IMG/VR virus record: IMGVR_UViG_3300028549_000379
Span: 1 to 39,994 of that record
Strand: one strand, 5' to 3'
DNA: 39,994 bases
From: a virus
Shown: positions 1 to 10,659 of the stretch, piece by piece
Position numbering within the stretch: position 1 is the stretch's first letter
Layout: each line of letters begins with the position of its first letter
Notes under the pieces: model-generated
The model's database searches: none
What the model saw: only the letters and a program-made list of their open reading frames with translations
What the model was told of the DNA's origin: nothing
Program-made: the position numbers and the translations under genes

Positions 1-255
1 ACGGTTGTAGGGACGTTCATACAAGGTTAGAAGAGACTTAATTATTAATTGTAGTAAAGCGCGCCGACTGTGCGCGCTTTATTTTTAAAAAGGGGTTATT
101 GATGTTATCTAAATCAGAAGTTAATATATGCAATAAAGCGCTAGATTATCTAGGACAGGTGGCGGACGTAGGAAATATCGAAACCCCTACAACAGATAAC
201 GAAAAAGTCTTTTCGCGCCATTACCATGACGCGCTAGATTTTGTCCTTAGAAAAT
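1..255. repeat. Window-terminal direct duplication, copy 1 (identical to 39740-39994)
   Basis: By-eye comparison shows bases 1-255 equal 39740-39994 (offset 39,739). The repeat starts inside the 3' end of CDS 39272..39769 and runs into the start of CDS 102..746. Confidence 0.9.
56..86 (+). terminator. Intrinsic terminator after the capsid module (second copy at 39795-39825)
   Basis: aaagcgcgc-cgactgt-gcgcgcttt gives a 9-bp GC-rich stem and 7-nt loop, followed by atttttaaaa. Confidence 0.75.
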
Positions 256-746
256 ATGTGTGGAACTTTGCTACGCATAGAACGCGAATTCCGAGAGACG
301 AAAACAACACCCCGGAATTTGATTTTTCAGACGCGTATAAATTGCCAAAAGATTTTGTAAGGCTTTTAAGTTTTGCGGAATATCAAACACTCGTAGATGT
401 AGACTTTGAAGTTAGTAACGGTTATTTGCTATTTAATAACGGCGGGCAAGCCGATATCAAGTTACGTTATATAAGACGCATAACCGAAGTGAGCAAATTT
501 GACGCCGGGTTTAAAAAACTTTTTACGTATTACCTTGCTCTTGATGTGGCGTATAAATTTACCGCAAAACAAACAATGATCGATAGACTCTACACATTAA
601 TAGGACAGGAAGAAGCTAAAATCGTTTCTATTGACGGCCAGGAAAGACCGCCTAGAAAAATACAATATAGCAAGTATGCACGTGCTAGACGTGGAATCCA
701 GGCTAGAGAAAACCCTATCGGACCTATTACGTACGGGGAGGTTTAA
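102..746 (+). CDS. Head-tail adaptor / tail tubular protein A-like virion protein (call from position only)
   Basis: ORF track 99..746. ATG at 102 lies after an aaaagggg SD-like run. 214 aa. First gene after the capsid module and directly before a 786-aa gene, matching the T7 gp11 position and size. Confidence 0.5.
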   Translation: MLSKSEVNICNKALDYLGQVADVGNIETPTTDNEKVFSRHYHDALDFVLRKYVWNFATHRTRIPRDENNTPEFDFSDAYKLPKDFVRLLSFAEYQTLVDVDFEVSNGYLLFNNGGQADIKLRYIRRITEVSKFDAGFKKLFTYYLALDVAYKFTAKQTMIDRLYTLIGQEEAKIVSIDGQERPPRKIQYSKYARARRGIQARENPIGPITYGEV

Positions 747-3106
747 TGCCGTTAATAAATCAAACAACTATGAATTTTGCCGGCGGGGAATTAGGCCCGT
801 CCGTTCGAGCGCGTAGCGATATTAAAGTTTACGCCAATGGTTGTGAGAGATTAGAAAATTTTTTATTGGAAACTACCGGCCCGATTAAATATAGAACCGG
901 GACTACTTTTGTTAATCCAACAAGACGGAACGCTTTAGGGCGTTTTATTCCGTTTCAATTTTCGGATAAGCAAGCGTATTTAATTGAATGTACCCCCGGC
1001 TATTTTAGATTTTATAAAGACGGCGGGATTATTGTAAATACCGATAAAGTAATTACGGGAGTAACTAACGCTAATCCGGCTGTGGTTACTATCGTAGGAC
1101 ATGGGTATAATAACGGCGACGAATTTTTTGTAGCAAATACCGGGCTAGAATATTTAGACGGAAAATCCTTTATTGTAAAAAATAAGACTACGGACACCGT
1201 TCAACTATACGATGAATACGACAATGCTATTAATACCATCGGATTAGCGGTGTATTCAAGCGGCGGGATAGCTAATAAAATCGTCGAGGTTGTAACCCCT
1301 TATACAGATATTACGGGGATGACTGCCGATCAAGTCATGGACTACTTACATAAAATTCAATTTTCGCAAAATGCGGACACGATGTATGTCGTTCACCCGG
1401 ATTATGCACCGCGTAAATTAACGCGTTCCTCTCATACGGACTGGACGTTTAACACGTTTGTAAGAACCGCGGATCCATTTACCGGGGTGAATGACTATCC
1501 CGGCTCTGTATCGTTTGACGGTGCGGGACGTATAGTTTATGGCGGAACGTATAATAACCCCGAAATGATTATCATGAGTCGGGGACCGGCGTCCGATACT
1601 GGGAACGCTAGATACGATGATTTCACTAAGGGTACTTTGGCGAATGATTCGTTAAAAATATTCCTCGCGCCGTCTTTGGGAAAAGTTGACGCGATACAAT
1701 GGTTAGCGGTAAATAATAGGTATTTCCTCGCCGGCACATATAGCGGAATCCGTAGAGTCGTAAGTTCCGACGGGGCAGACGCGGCGTTTAGTGCGGATAC
1801 GGGGGCGATAGTTCGTCCTCTCGATTCCACCGGTTGCGAGGCTATTAAAAGACCTATACCAAAAGGCAATCAAGTATTTTACCTTCAACGCGGCGGCCTG
1901 GTTCTCCGTTGCTTAGAATATGATTTAGTTTATGACGCATATAAACCGGTCGACAAAAACTTAGTATCGGATATGATTACGAGCGGTGGAGTCCGCGAAA
2001 TTGTTTTCCAACAAGGAAGACCCGACGTAATATGGGGTGTGAGAAAAGATGGTACACTTCTCGGATTAACTTATCACGAAACAGAGGACGTAGCGGGATG
2101 GCAAAGACACCCCGCCGGCGGTAACGGTAAAGCACTTAGCGCGGGCGTAATGCCAAGAGACGGATTGTTTGACCAAGTATGGCTAATAAATGAAAGAAAA
2201 ATTAACGGAAAAACTAAACGCTATGTCGAATATTTCGCAGACTTCCAAGAGTTTTTAACTCCCGAAGATTTTTTCACGAGTGAAGAATCGCAAACAGCGG
2301 ATCAAGAAACATACGAAAACGATATGTTTGAACGCCAAAAACTAGAACTCCATTTAGATTGTGCAATGATCTATGACGGTTCTCTTTTGGGTACAGATAA
2401 AAACGTTACAATCACGGTAGGGGCTATAACAAACGGGATAGCAACGTTTACAAGTAACGTAGATATTTTTAAAGCCGGCGATTTAGATCGGCAGATTTGG
2501 AGAATTCACGAACGCGGAATAGGAAGCGGAAGGGCGTCTATAGTCGAATTTATCGACGCTAAAAACGTTGTTTGTAAAATTCTAAAGGATTTTGATATTG
2601 CTACATTAAAGCCCGGTGTGTGGACTCTTACCACGGATGACATAAGCGGATTAGATCATTTAGAAGGGTTAGAGGTTGGAATCTTAACAGACGGGGCGGT
2701 ACACAATAATATGACCGTTACTAACGGGAAAATAAAATTGAGCGCTCAAGCAGATGTTACTCACGTCGGATTGAGATACAGGGGATTAATAAAAACTATG
2801 AATCTCAACGCCGGGGGTGTATCCGGAAGCGCACAAAATAAACCGCGAAATGTTTATAAAGTTGTATTCGAATTTTTAAATTCTTTAGGGGCAAAGTACG
2901 GTACGAGTTTATATAAACTTACAAAATTAGATTTTAGAAGTTCAAGCAATTATACTAACAGACCTAGCCCGCTTTTTAGCGGCGGAAAAGAACAACGCCT
3001 AGAGGATAAAACCGCTAGACGCAAACACGTATACGTAGTACAGGATAGCCCTTTACCGTGTACTATTCAAGCTATAGATGTATTTATGGAGACAGTCGAT
3101 GAATAA
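746..3106 (+). CDS. Tail tubular protein B / nozzle-like large tail structural protein (call from position and size)
   Basis: 786-aa ORF. Its start overlaps the previous stop (TAATG). Size and position match T7 gp12. No catalytic motifs seen. Confidence 0.55.
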   Translation: MPLINQTTMNFAGGELGPSVRARSDIKVYANGCERLENFLLETTGPIKYRTGTTFVNPTRRNALGRFIPFQFSDKQAYLIECTPGYFRFYKDGGIIVNTDKVITGVTNANPAVVTIVGHGYNNGDEFFVANTGLEYLDGKSFIVKNKTTDTVQLYDEYDNAINTIGLAVYSSGGIANKIVEVVTPYTDITGMTADQVMDYLHKIQFSQNADTMYVVHPDYAPRKLTRSSHTDWTFNTFVRTADPFTGVNDYPGSVSFDGAGRIVYGGTYNNPEMIIMSRGPASDTGNARYDDFTKGTLANDSLKIFLAPSLGKVDAIQWLAVNNRYFLAGTYSGIRRVVSSDGADAAFSADTGAIVRPLDSTGCEAIKRPIPKGNQVFYLQRGGLVLRCLEYDLVYDAYKPVDKNLVSDMITSGGVREIVFQQGRPDVIWGVRKDGTLLGLTYHETEDVAGWQRHPAGGNGKALSAGVMPRDGLFDQVWLINERKINGKTKRYVEYFADFQEFLTPEDFFTSEESQTADQETYENDMFERQKLELHLDCAMIYDGSLLGTDKNVTITVGAITNGIATFTSNVDIFKAGDLDRQIWRIHERGIGSGRASIVEFIDAKNVVCKILKDFDIATLKPGVWTLTTDDISGLDHLEGLEVGILTDGAVHNNMTVTNGKIKLSAQADVTHVGLRYRGLIKTMNLNAGGVSGSAQNKPRNVYKVVFEFLNSLGAKYGTSLYKLTKLDFRSSSNYTNRPSPLFSGGKEQRLEDKTARRKHVYVVQDSPLPCTIQAIDVFMETVDE

Positions 3107-3542
3107 AGTAAAAATTATACCTTTTAAAACGCAACATGTAGAATGTATGGACGTAAGAGATTATGAGACTTCTACGGTTTTTAATCTGTCTAATCTTGAA
3201 ACCGGTTTAAAAGTTTTTGAGGAAAGACGTTCGGCGGGGACTATGGTTTACGACGGTCGTATTTTAGGTATTTTAGGGTATTTTGAATTATGGCCGGGAG
3301 TTTGTGAACTCTTTGTTTTACCTTCAAAATATCTTAGTGAGTATCCTATACCATTCGCGCGCTGTATCAAAAGGACAATAAATCAAGAAATTTTTAAAAG
3401 TTATCATCGGATACAAATAATGGCGTTGGATGACGATTTACATAATAATTGGTTAAAATTTTTGAGGTTCGAAAAAGAGGGGCATTTAAAAAAATATGAT
3501 TCTCTAGGAAACAACTTCAATATGTGGGCGAGGGTGAATTAA
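3099..3542 (+). CDS. Small virion-module protein (T7 gp13 position); function unknown
   Basis: ORF track 3078..3542. The in-frame ATG at 3099 is preceded by ggagacagtcg (SD) and overlaps the upstream stop. 147 aa. Confidence 0.5.
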   Translation: MNKVKIIPFKTQHVECMDVRDYETSTVFNLSNLETGLKVFEERRSAGTMVYDGRILGILGYFELWPGVCELFVLPSKYLSEYPIPFARCIKRTINQEIFKSYHRIQIMALDDDLHNNWLKFLRFEKEGHLKKYDSLGNNFNMWARVN

Positions 3543-4072
3543 TGGCAACAGGAGCGTTAGTAGCTTTTACCGCTTTATCAGCGGGAGCGTCAATAGTTAA
3601 AGGTATTCAAACTAATTCGGCTATGAGTGAACAGGGTATAGCGTATATGCGTCAATCGCAAATAGCGCGCCAGGAAAGCGAATTAGCGGCGGTACAAAAA
3701 CAACGAGAAGTAGACAAGTTCGCGGCGAGTCAAGTAATGTCGTTCGCTAAAAATGGCGTCGTTACTAATGCCGGTTCTCCGCTTGAAGTTTTACATGAAA
3801 CTATAGCGTTAGGAAAACAGGAAGTAGACGCTATTAGAAACCAGGGTATAGCACAATCCCAACTTTATCAAGCTAACGCGTCTTCGGCGTTTAGTAGCGG
3901 ACGGGCGTCGTTATTCGGCGGAACCTCCGACGCTTTAACGTCTATGGGGTCGATGTTCATGGCCGGAAGTAAGTTCGGTTTATTTAATAAAAAATCGACC
4001 GTAGACACTTCGGTCCGTGCGGTCGGGGTCGGTGATTTTAGTACAAGTTCTTACGGTGCGACATTCGCTTAA
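3542..4072 (+). CDS. Internal virion protein (gp14 position) with hydrophobic N-terminus
   Basis: ORF track 3524..4072. The ATG at 3542 overlaps the upstream stop (TAATG). The N-terminus MATGALVAFTALSAGASIV is hydrophobic. Confidence 0.5.
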   Translation: MATGALVAFTALSAGASIVKGIQTNSAMSEQGIAYMRQSQIARQESELAAVQKQREVDKFAASQVMSFAKNGVVTNAGSPLEVLHETIALGKQEVDAIRNQGIAQSQLYQANASSAFSSGRASLFGGTSDALTSMGSMFMAGSKFGLFNKKSTVDTSVRAVGVGDFSTSSYGATFA

Positions 4073-4085
4073 TATGAGGTAAAAA

Positions 4086-5678
4086 ATGGCAAGAGTAAAC
4101 ATATACACACAACAAAGATTAGCGTCATCGCTTGTAGGAGTTCCGGAAGCGAATCTATCCGGCGCGGCTATGGCGGGGAACGTGGCGAATAATGCCGGTG
4201 AAATGGCGCAAGGGTCGCTACAATTAGCCGCACAAAAACAAGCGGCCGTAGACGCACAACAAGTAAAACTACAAAACATTAACGATACAATTACAGCGTA
4301 CCAAGATTCTACCGCTATTGAAACTGAAATGTGGGATTTAGTAGATTCTAAAAAACAAGAATTTGTGAATAATCCTAAAGGTGCGATTAAAGCGATCCAG
4401 GACGGCGGGTCTGATCTATTGCTTGAAAGACTTTCGCAGTACGAGGAGAATCCAAACGTCCAGGAAAAAATGGCGGGAATTCTTACGAATAGTTTTCGCG
4501 GAAAATTAAACGAAGTTCACTCCTGGGCTTTATCACAAGATACCGCGAATTCTAAAAATAAGATACAAAATGTACTTAGCCAATTAAATACACAAGCGAG
4601 CCGAACATCGGATATCGGAAGAGTACAAGAGTTACTATCGTTCGCGGAACTTAACGATGAACAATCTGGAATGAAATTCGGAGATTACGTCAAATTGGCG
4701 TATGGCGCCAACGGTGAGGAAGAAATAAACAAAGCTAAAGAAGGTATCGCAAAATCTTATATAGTAGGAATGTTAGATAGAAAACAAGCTAATTCCGTTT
4801 CCGCCACCTTAGATAGTGGGGCGTTCGATTCTTTATTAAGTCCGGAAGACAGATTATCGCTTAAAAAAATGGCTACTGGCGTTATTAATGCGGAAAAGAA
4901 ACAGGCTAGCATGGATAATATGTTCCAAGTTTACGGTATAAAAGAAAACGCGTTAATAAAAAGTTCCGAAGGAAAATACACGATAGCGGACGCGATGAAT
5001 GACAACGAAAAAATTAAATCCCTAGGGGGCAAGCCCAGCGATATGCTTTATACAGCCGGAAAAGGTATAGCGGGTGGTAAAGCGGCTGACGCGAAGACTA
5101 AACAAGTTCACCGCCAAAACGCACTAAAGGACGTCGTGGAATCTTTAGCCGATATTTCTAAAGGGACGAAAATAGATCCGGAAGCTGATTTAAAAGATAT
5201 TATCGAATTCCAAAATAAAGTAGAAGGTTACGCGCATAACGGGTTACTAACTACTGACGAACAAAAAACGTATTTATCTAAAGTAACCGGCCCGAGAATT
5301 AAAAGAATTCAAAGTATGGGTAAAAACATTTTCGGTATGCCACAAGGGGAGATAAAGGGAAAAGATGAATATAGTAAGGCTTATTTATCTATCTACAATT
5401 TTGCGGACAAAGCATACGCCGGAAAAGATAATCGTAGCAATGCTATTAGTGGCATGCTTGTTGATTATGTTAAGTTCGCGGATAAATTAGAAGCGCAACA
5501 GGGGAAACCTATTTCGCATGAACAATCGCAAAATCTATGTAACAAAGTCATAGATACCCAAAGAAGAAAATCGAATCCGCATTTAAACAACATACCGGAG
5601 AGCGGTCAAATAATGATGGATAAATACGGACACAAAGTAAAGTATTATCCGGGGGGAAGATACGAAATTTTAAAGTAA
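4086..5678 (+). CDS. Internal virion / ejection protein (gp15 position)
   Basis: 530-aa ORF with a gagg SD upstream. Placed by synteny between the small internal protein and the giant protein. Confidence 0.5.
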   Translation: MARVNIYTQQRLASSLVGVPEANLSGAAMAGNVANNAGEMAQGSLQLAAQKQAAVDAQQVKLQNINDTITAYQDSTAIETEMWDLVDSKKQEFVNNPKGAIKAIQDGGSDLLLERLSQYEENPNVQEKMAGILTNSFRGKLNEVHSWALSQDTANSKNKIQNVLSQLNTQASRTSDIGRVQELLSFAELNDEQSGMKFGDYVKLAYGANGEEEINKAKEGIAKSYIVGMLDRKQANSVSATLDSGAFDSLLSPEDRLSLKKMATGVINAEKKQASMDNMFQVYGIKENALIKSSEGKYTIADAMNDNEKIKSLGGKPSDMLYTAGKGIAGGKAADAKTKQVHRQNALKDVVESLADISKGTKIDPEADLKDIIEFQNKVEGYAHNGLLTTDEQKTYLSKVTGPRIKRIQSMGKNIFGMPQGEIKGKDEYSKAYLSIYNFADKAYAGKDNRSNAISGMLVDYVKFADKLEAQQGKPISHEQSQNLCNKVIDTQRRKSNPHLNNIPESGQIMMDKYGHKVKYYPGGRYEILK

Positions 5679-5688
5679 AGGGGATAAA

Positions 5689-8600
5689 ATGTCTAGTAAC
5701 ACTCCACTCGAGCAAATAGATATAACACAATTACAAGATTCAAATAATCAAGAGTTACCACCGTTACCGGATACAGAACCGGAATACGACGAAAACGTCG
5801 AAACTGTTTCTAGCGGGGATAGTGTCGCTTATGTTGAAACGGATAAAGGCGTCCAAAATTACGACGATTCCGTCGATTGGGGGAGTATGCGCCCGGTCGA
5901 TGAAAGCGGATATACGAATCCCACAAAACCCGATTTCGAATCGTTAAAACCTTATGACGTAACGGAACAACAGCCTAGCGTTTTTGATGAAACTAAAATT
6001 AAATTTGAAATGGGGAACCTAACTAATTTCCGCGCCCAAACCGGTCGCGATGTTATGAGTGGGAAAATAAGTGTTGAAGAAGCAAAAGCCCGCGTAGCGG
6101 GTAGACACGGAGAAATATTAAACAAATTCGGAATTACGCAAGTCCCGGAATTTAGTTTCTCGAAATTTAGACACGATCCTCTTCGAACTATACTAGGGGA
6201 AACCGCGCAAATGCTACCGTTTTACGGCGAAGGTGTAAAAAAAGGTCTAGGATATGCGGCTATTCTCGGTCCGGCTACGGCTTGGCTAAGAGGGAAACAG
6301 GGGCAAGCGGCGGGCGCGGTGGCGGGTACAGTTGCGGAACCCGGAGCGGGTACGGTCGCGGGCGCGGGTGTGGGTAGAACCGCCGGACTCGTTGAAGGTT
6401 TTATAGAGGGAACAAATAACGGAATGCTTTTAGGAACCTTCCACACGTCCATGGACGTAGAAGGTATGAACTTATATCTTGATATGAGAGAAAAAGGGAT
6501 AGACCATAAGACGGCTTTAACTACTGGGATGGCGGGCGGCTTGGCTGACGGCATACTCGAGACATGTAGTTTTGGGGTTATGACGGCGCCGATTAAAGGA
6601 GCCGCTAAGAAAGCCGCCGCTAAACTTTTATGGGATGGAATATCAAAAAGTCCTACTATGAAAAAAATGGTTACATCGGCTTTAATGAAAGTAACGACGG
6701 AATATTTTAAACGTATCGGCGTAGAGACTTCTACAGAAATGGCCCAGGACGTAGTTAATAATACGATGATGTTAATCGCCGCCCAGGCTTCCGGCGTTGA
6801 AGACGCTAAACCAACCGGGGAAGACTGGAAAAATATTCTTACTAAAACAGCGCCGCAAACACTAGCGGCTATGAGTTTAATGGGTTTATTTAGTACGCCG
6901 TTCGACATTATGAACGCAGAAGTAGGAAGCGTAAAAAATGAAGGCGGGGGCGACGTCGCGACCACGGCGGAAGTTGAACAAAATATAACCGATTTATCAG
7001 AAGGCGAATCCGTTTCTACGGGAAGTTTTACGCTAGAGGGTAAAGTAATGTATAACACCGTAGCCGATGGCGACGTTGCTATTAGTGAACTTGAAGCGGA
7101 ACACGCCGATAGTGAGTCGAAAATACAAGATCTAACAAAGCAACGGGATAAACTTTCTAGTAAAGAGAATTTAAACGATACTGAAAAATCGGACCTACAA
7201 CACTATAACGATGAAATCGCATACGAAAAAAAGTACCAGGGGATGATTAGGGAAGAAATTATAAAAACTAGCGAGGCTATAAATAATAAAGAGAAAGCGC
7301 CTTCTAGTGCGGAATTGCGTAAAAAGGAATTAACCGAAAAAGGTAGAAAAGAAAAACTTTCAGCCGATGAACTCGAAGAGTTAAATAATATTTGGATTGA
7401 TGAAGAAAAAACAAAAGGCGAAACAAATATCGAACAGACGACGCAGAAAGCCCGTGAACGCGTTTTAAATAAAAACATAAGGGATTTGGACGCGGACATA
7501 CAAAAAACCCAAAAGAAAGAGGATAAGGCACGGGAGAATCGAAATAAACTTGAAAAGAAACAAGACGACTTACAAAGTATCATAGATTCTATCGAAAAAG
7601 AAAATACGGAAATAGAAAAAGCGCTTGTAAATACTGATATCGAATCCGATAAATCAGAAATGCAAGCTACTTTAGCACGGAATAAAGAAACTATTAAAGA
7701 AGTCAAAGGCCATATAAAATCGCTTGAACAGGAACGTACACGATATTCTAACGACGTCGAAAACGCTATGTTAGAATCTGACGCCCTGGCTAATAAAAGG
7801 GCGGCGTTAGATAGCGAGCGCGCTAATCTCTCCGAAGGGATTTTAGACGAAAACGGAAAAGTTGAAATGACCGCCGGAGGATACAAAAATATTCAGTTAA
7901 GCGCTTTAAAAAGTAAACTAAAAGCGATGAACGAAGGAATAAAACGCGGAGTTAGACTAACTAGACGCGAAATTAGAGACGTTCAAAACTCCGCTATCCA
8001 TATCGTTAAAAATTCAGCTATGAGCGACAAAGACAAAACAAAATTTTTTGTTACTATTCGCGATCTAAATAGCCGCGAAAAATTTAGTAAAGCGCTTCCG
8101 GAACTTTGGGACAAAATAAATTCGCTCGAAGAGAAGACAAATAAAAATAATCTCGTGAAATATATCGGTAAACTTCTTAAACAGGGAAGACCGAAGAAAA
8201 CGGGTAAAACCCCCGTCGGTAAGTTCAATGCTGATATACAGTCTTTAATAGATGAAATTACAGCGGCGGCCAATAAAACAACAGATGAAGCATACGCAGA
8301 AATAGAAAAGATTTTCGACTCTTCAGCTAAAGAGTCTTTGACCGACGAACAAACACAAAAGGTAAGAATACTATATAATTTTAGCGGATTGAAAGATAAA
8401 ACTTCTTCCCAATTATTAAGTGCGGCCCGCGCGATCAGAATGTTAATCGAAGACGGTAAAATCGCCGGAGAGTTTAGGGAGGCCGCTAGAAAAGCGCATA
8501 AAGAGAAAGTTATAGAAGAGGCTAAAGACTCTATTATCGGGACGGTTGAGATAACCGGGAACAGAAAACTAGATCTTAAAAATCAAATAAAACAAGCTTT

Positions 8601-10650
8601 TAGGACGTTCGGTTCAACTAGCGATAGTTGGGACGGATTAATGAATATTCTTTCTTTACATGATAAAGATAGAAGACTCGCTAAAATTCTCGACGTATTC
8701 CCGGCTAAAATGGAAAAGATAAAAGGGCAAACGGAATCGTTCAATACTTTTTTTGAAAAGGGGACTCAATCGCTAAACTGTAAGAATAGTAACGAATTTA
8801 GCAAACGAATTAAAAAGGATTCCGTCATCGAAGACATCGGGGAATACGTGAACCGGGACGGCGAAAAAATAACATTACAGGCTAGCCGGTGCGAAGCCCG
8901 TAAACTCTTCATGGAAATGATGGATCCAACGCTTGAAAGAGATTTCAAAGAAAACAATAAATACACTTTTAAAAACGAGATTGAAGATACTAGAACAATG
9001 GACGAAGACTCTAACGACGCCCTCAACTTGCTTTTTAATAATCGTGTTGAATCTCCGGGATTTACAATTATTGATAAATCGACACAACAATTATTAGACG
9101 AATACTTAACGGCGGAAGATAAAGCGTTTATAGATTCTCAATTAAAATTTTATAGGGATTATCATAAAAGAGTTAATAGCTTTTATCGTGAAAAATTTGG
9201 TATCGATATGCCTTATAACGATTCATATTCACCAATTCAAAGAATTACAGACGGGGGCGATAAAGTAGAAAATTGGCTAAGTGAATCGGTATATCAAACG
9301 AGCATGGTTCCTAGCGCATTTAGAGAACGTAAAAAATCAAGTGCGCCGGTTAAATTAAGAAACGACATGGCGGTTATGCAAGAGCATATAGCTTTAAGCG
9401 AACACTTCATGGCTATGGATAAGTTCGTAACTGACGCGGAAAGTATTTTCAAGAAAAGCGATATTCGAGAAATCATTATCGAGAAATACGGTAAAAAAGC
9501 CTTGAAGCTAGTAGACCAACAATTAAAAGATATTAAATCCGATGGAGTGGAATCCACTAGGGCGGAATTAGGTTTTATAAATTCTTGGCGTACAAACTTT
9601 ACAGCCGGGGCGCTAGGTTTAAAAGCACAAATAGAATTAAAACAGTTTACGGCTGTAGGGGTTTTCGCGGACGCTATCCCTACCGGCGATTTTGTTTCCG
9701 GTATGGCCGATTTTTTAAAAAACCCGATAAAGGCTTCAAAAATTCTAAGCGAATCATATTTGCTAAAAGACAGGGCGAATTCTATCAATATGGAAATCCG
9801 CGACATTGTACGGTCGCAAGAATTTAGCGCACTTACAAAACATAGAGATTTTAGAAGCTATATGTATTTCTTTACACAACACGGCGATCGTTGGAGTATT
9901 ATCGCCGGCGGATGGGCTGTCTATAAATCTGTTTTGAATAAAACAGGAGACACCAAGGCGGCTATGGATGCCTTCGAAAGAGCGGCGGACCAATATCAAC
10001 AATCAGGGCATATAGACCAACAAAGCGCGTGGCAACGTGGGAACAGTTTACAAAAATGTTTTACCATGTTTATGTCCGATCAGATGAAACAACTCCGGGC
10101 GGAAGTTCACGCAGTAAGAGACGCGATAATTTTTAAGGACCAGGAACATATTATAAAAGCGGCTAAAACCGTTCTTATAATGCACGTTATACTACCAAAC
10201 CTTGTACAGCTTATAACAAACGGTTTTAAGTGGGATGACGAGGATCAAATAAAAGCGACTATTTTAGGACCGTTTACATCTATAGCCGTCGCCGGGCAAA
10301 TATTATCTATGGCCGTAACACAGGCGATAAGGTTAGCGGGTGGGGAAATAGAAGACTTTGAAAGTTTAGATGTAAACGTCCTAAGTCCGTTTAACGATTT
10401 GAAGAAACATATATCAAAATTAAAACCGGAAGAAATAACGGGGGATGACGTTATGGAATGTCTTTTAGGTATTGGTAAAGATACCGTAGGACCACTGGCA
10501 GGATTACCAATTAAATACGTTTCGAACGTCACGAGTAAAGCCCCGGAATATTTAGACGAAGGGGAATTCAGAAATCTAGGAATGCTTCTAATGGGTTGGT
10601 CGCCTTACGTCATAGAGAAAAAAGGCCAAAAAAGCGATGAAGAGGAATAA
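5689..10650 (+). CDS. Giant internal virion / DNA-ejection protein (gp16 position), 1653 aa
   Basis: aagggg SD upstream. The protein has an acidic N-terminus, Gly/Ala-rich hydrophobic segments (GAVAGTVAEPGAGTVAGAGVG), a K/E-rich heptad-like stretch of about 300 aa in the middle, and a large C-terminal domain. It lies directly upstream of the tail fibre. Confidence 0.55.
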   Translation: MSSNTPLEQIDITQLQDSNNQELPPLPDTEPEYDENVETVSSGDSVAYVETDKGVQNYDDSVDWGSMRPVDESGYTNPTKPDFESLKPYDVTEQQPSVFDETKIKFEMGNLTNFRAQTGRDVMSGKISVEEAKARVAGRHGEILNKFGITQVPEFSFSKFRHDPLRTILGETAQMLPFYGEGVKKGLGYAAILGPATAWLRGKQGQAAGAVAGTVAEPGAGTVAGAGVGRTAGLVEGFIEGTNNGMLLGTFHTSMDVEGMNLYLDMREKGIDHKTALTTGMAGGLADGILETCSFGVMTAPIKGAAKKAAAKLLWDGISKSPTMKKMVTSALMKVTTEYFKRIGVETSTEMAQDVVNNTMMLIAAQASGVEDAKPTGEDWKNILTKTAPQTLAAMSLMGLFSTPFDIMNAEVGSVKNEGGGDVATTAEVEQNITDLSEGESVSTGSFTLEGKVMYNTVADGDVAISELEAEHADSESKIQDLTKQRDKLSSKENLNDTEKSDLQHYNDEIAYEKKYQGMIREEIIKTSEAINNKEKAPSSAELRKKELTEKGRKEKLSADELEELNNIWIDEEKTKGETNIEQTTQKARERVLNKNIRDLDADIQKTQKKEDKARENRNKLEKKQDDLQSIIDSIEKENTEIEKALVNTDIESDKSEMQATLARNKETIKEVKGHIKSLEQERTRYSNDVENAMLESDALANKRAALDSERANLSEGILDENGKVEMTAGGYKNIQLSALKSKLKAMNEGIKRGVRLTRREIRDVQNSAIHIVKNSAMSDKDKTKFFVTIRDLNSREKFSKALPELWDKINSLEEKTNKNNLVKYIGKLLKQGRPKKTGKTPVGKFNADIQSLIDEITAAANKTTDEAYAEIEKIFDSSAKESLTDEQTQKVRILYNFSGLKDKTSSQLLSAARAIRMLIEDGKIAGEFREAARKAHKEKVIEEAKDSIIGTVEITGNRKLDLKNQIKQAFRTFGSTSDSWDGLMNILSLHDKDRRLAKILDVFPAKMEKIKGQTESFNTFFEKGTQSLNCKNSNEFSKRIKKDSVIEDIGEYVNRDGEKITLQASRCEARKLFMEMMDPTLERDFKENNKYTFKNEIEDTRTMDEDSNDALNLLFNNRVESPGFTIIDKSTQQLLDEYLTAEDKAFIDSQLKFYRDYHKRVNSFYREKFGIDMPYNDSYSPIQRITDGGDKVENWLSESVYQTSMVPSAFRERKKSSAPVKLRNDMAVMQEHIALSEHFMAMDKFVTDAESIFKKSDIREIIIEKYGKKALKLVDQQLKDIKSDGVESTRAELGFINSWRTNFTAGALGLKAQIELKQFTAVGVFADAIPTGDFVSGMADFLKNPIKASKILSESYLLKDRANSINMEIRDIVRSQEFSALTKHRDFRSYMYFFTQHGDRWSIIAGGWAVYKSVLNKTGDTKAAMDAFERAADQYQQSGHIDQQSAWQRGNSLQKCFTMFMSDQMKQLRAEVHAVRDAIIFKDQEHIIKAAKTVLIMHVILPNLVQLITNGFKWDDEDQIKATILGPFTSIAVAGQILSMAVTQAIRLAGGEIEDFESLDVNVLSPFNDLKKHISKLKPEEITGDDVMECLLGIGKDTVGPLAGLPIKYVSNVTSKAPEYLDEGEFRNLGMLLMGWSPYVIEKKGQKSDEEE

Positions 10651-10659
10651 GGAGGAAAC

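Noticed and set aside
6222-7886. Long antisense ORFs (6222..7058, 278 aa; 7203..7886, 227 aa) inside the 1653-aa gene
   Set aside because: They lie opposite a Gly/Ala-rich GC-biased block and a purine-rich K/E repeat, which suppresses stop codons on the reverse strand. Their products are low-complexity (S/F/L/P-rich). They have no SD and are fully nested in a well-supported gene. The same reasoning applies to the other short antisense ORFs in the track.
5689-10650. Giant virion protein considered as a packaged RNA polymerase (N4 or crAss style) that could read the 13-mer
   Set aside because: Scanning the translation by eye found no T7-like motifs (DxSxSGxQ, RxxxKxxxxxxYG, HDSF) and no DxDGD/DFDGD double-psi-barrel metal site. 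The only ADGD lies in a linker. This cannot be excluded without profile or structure search.
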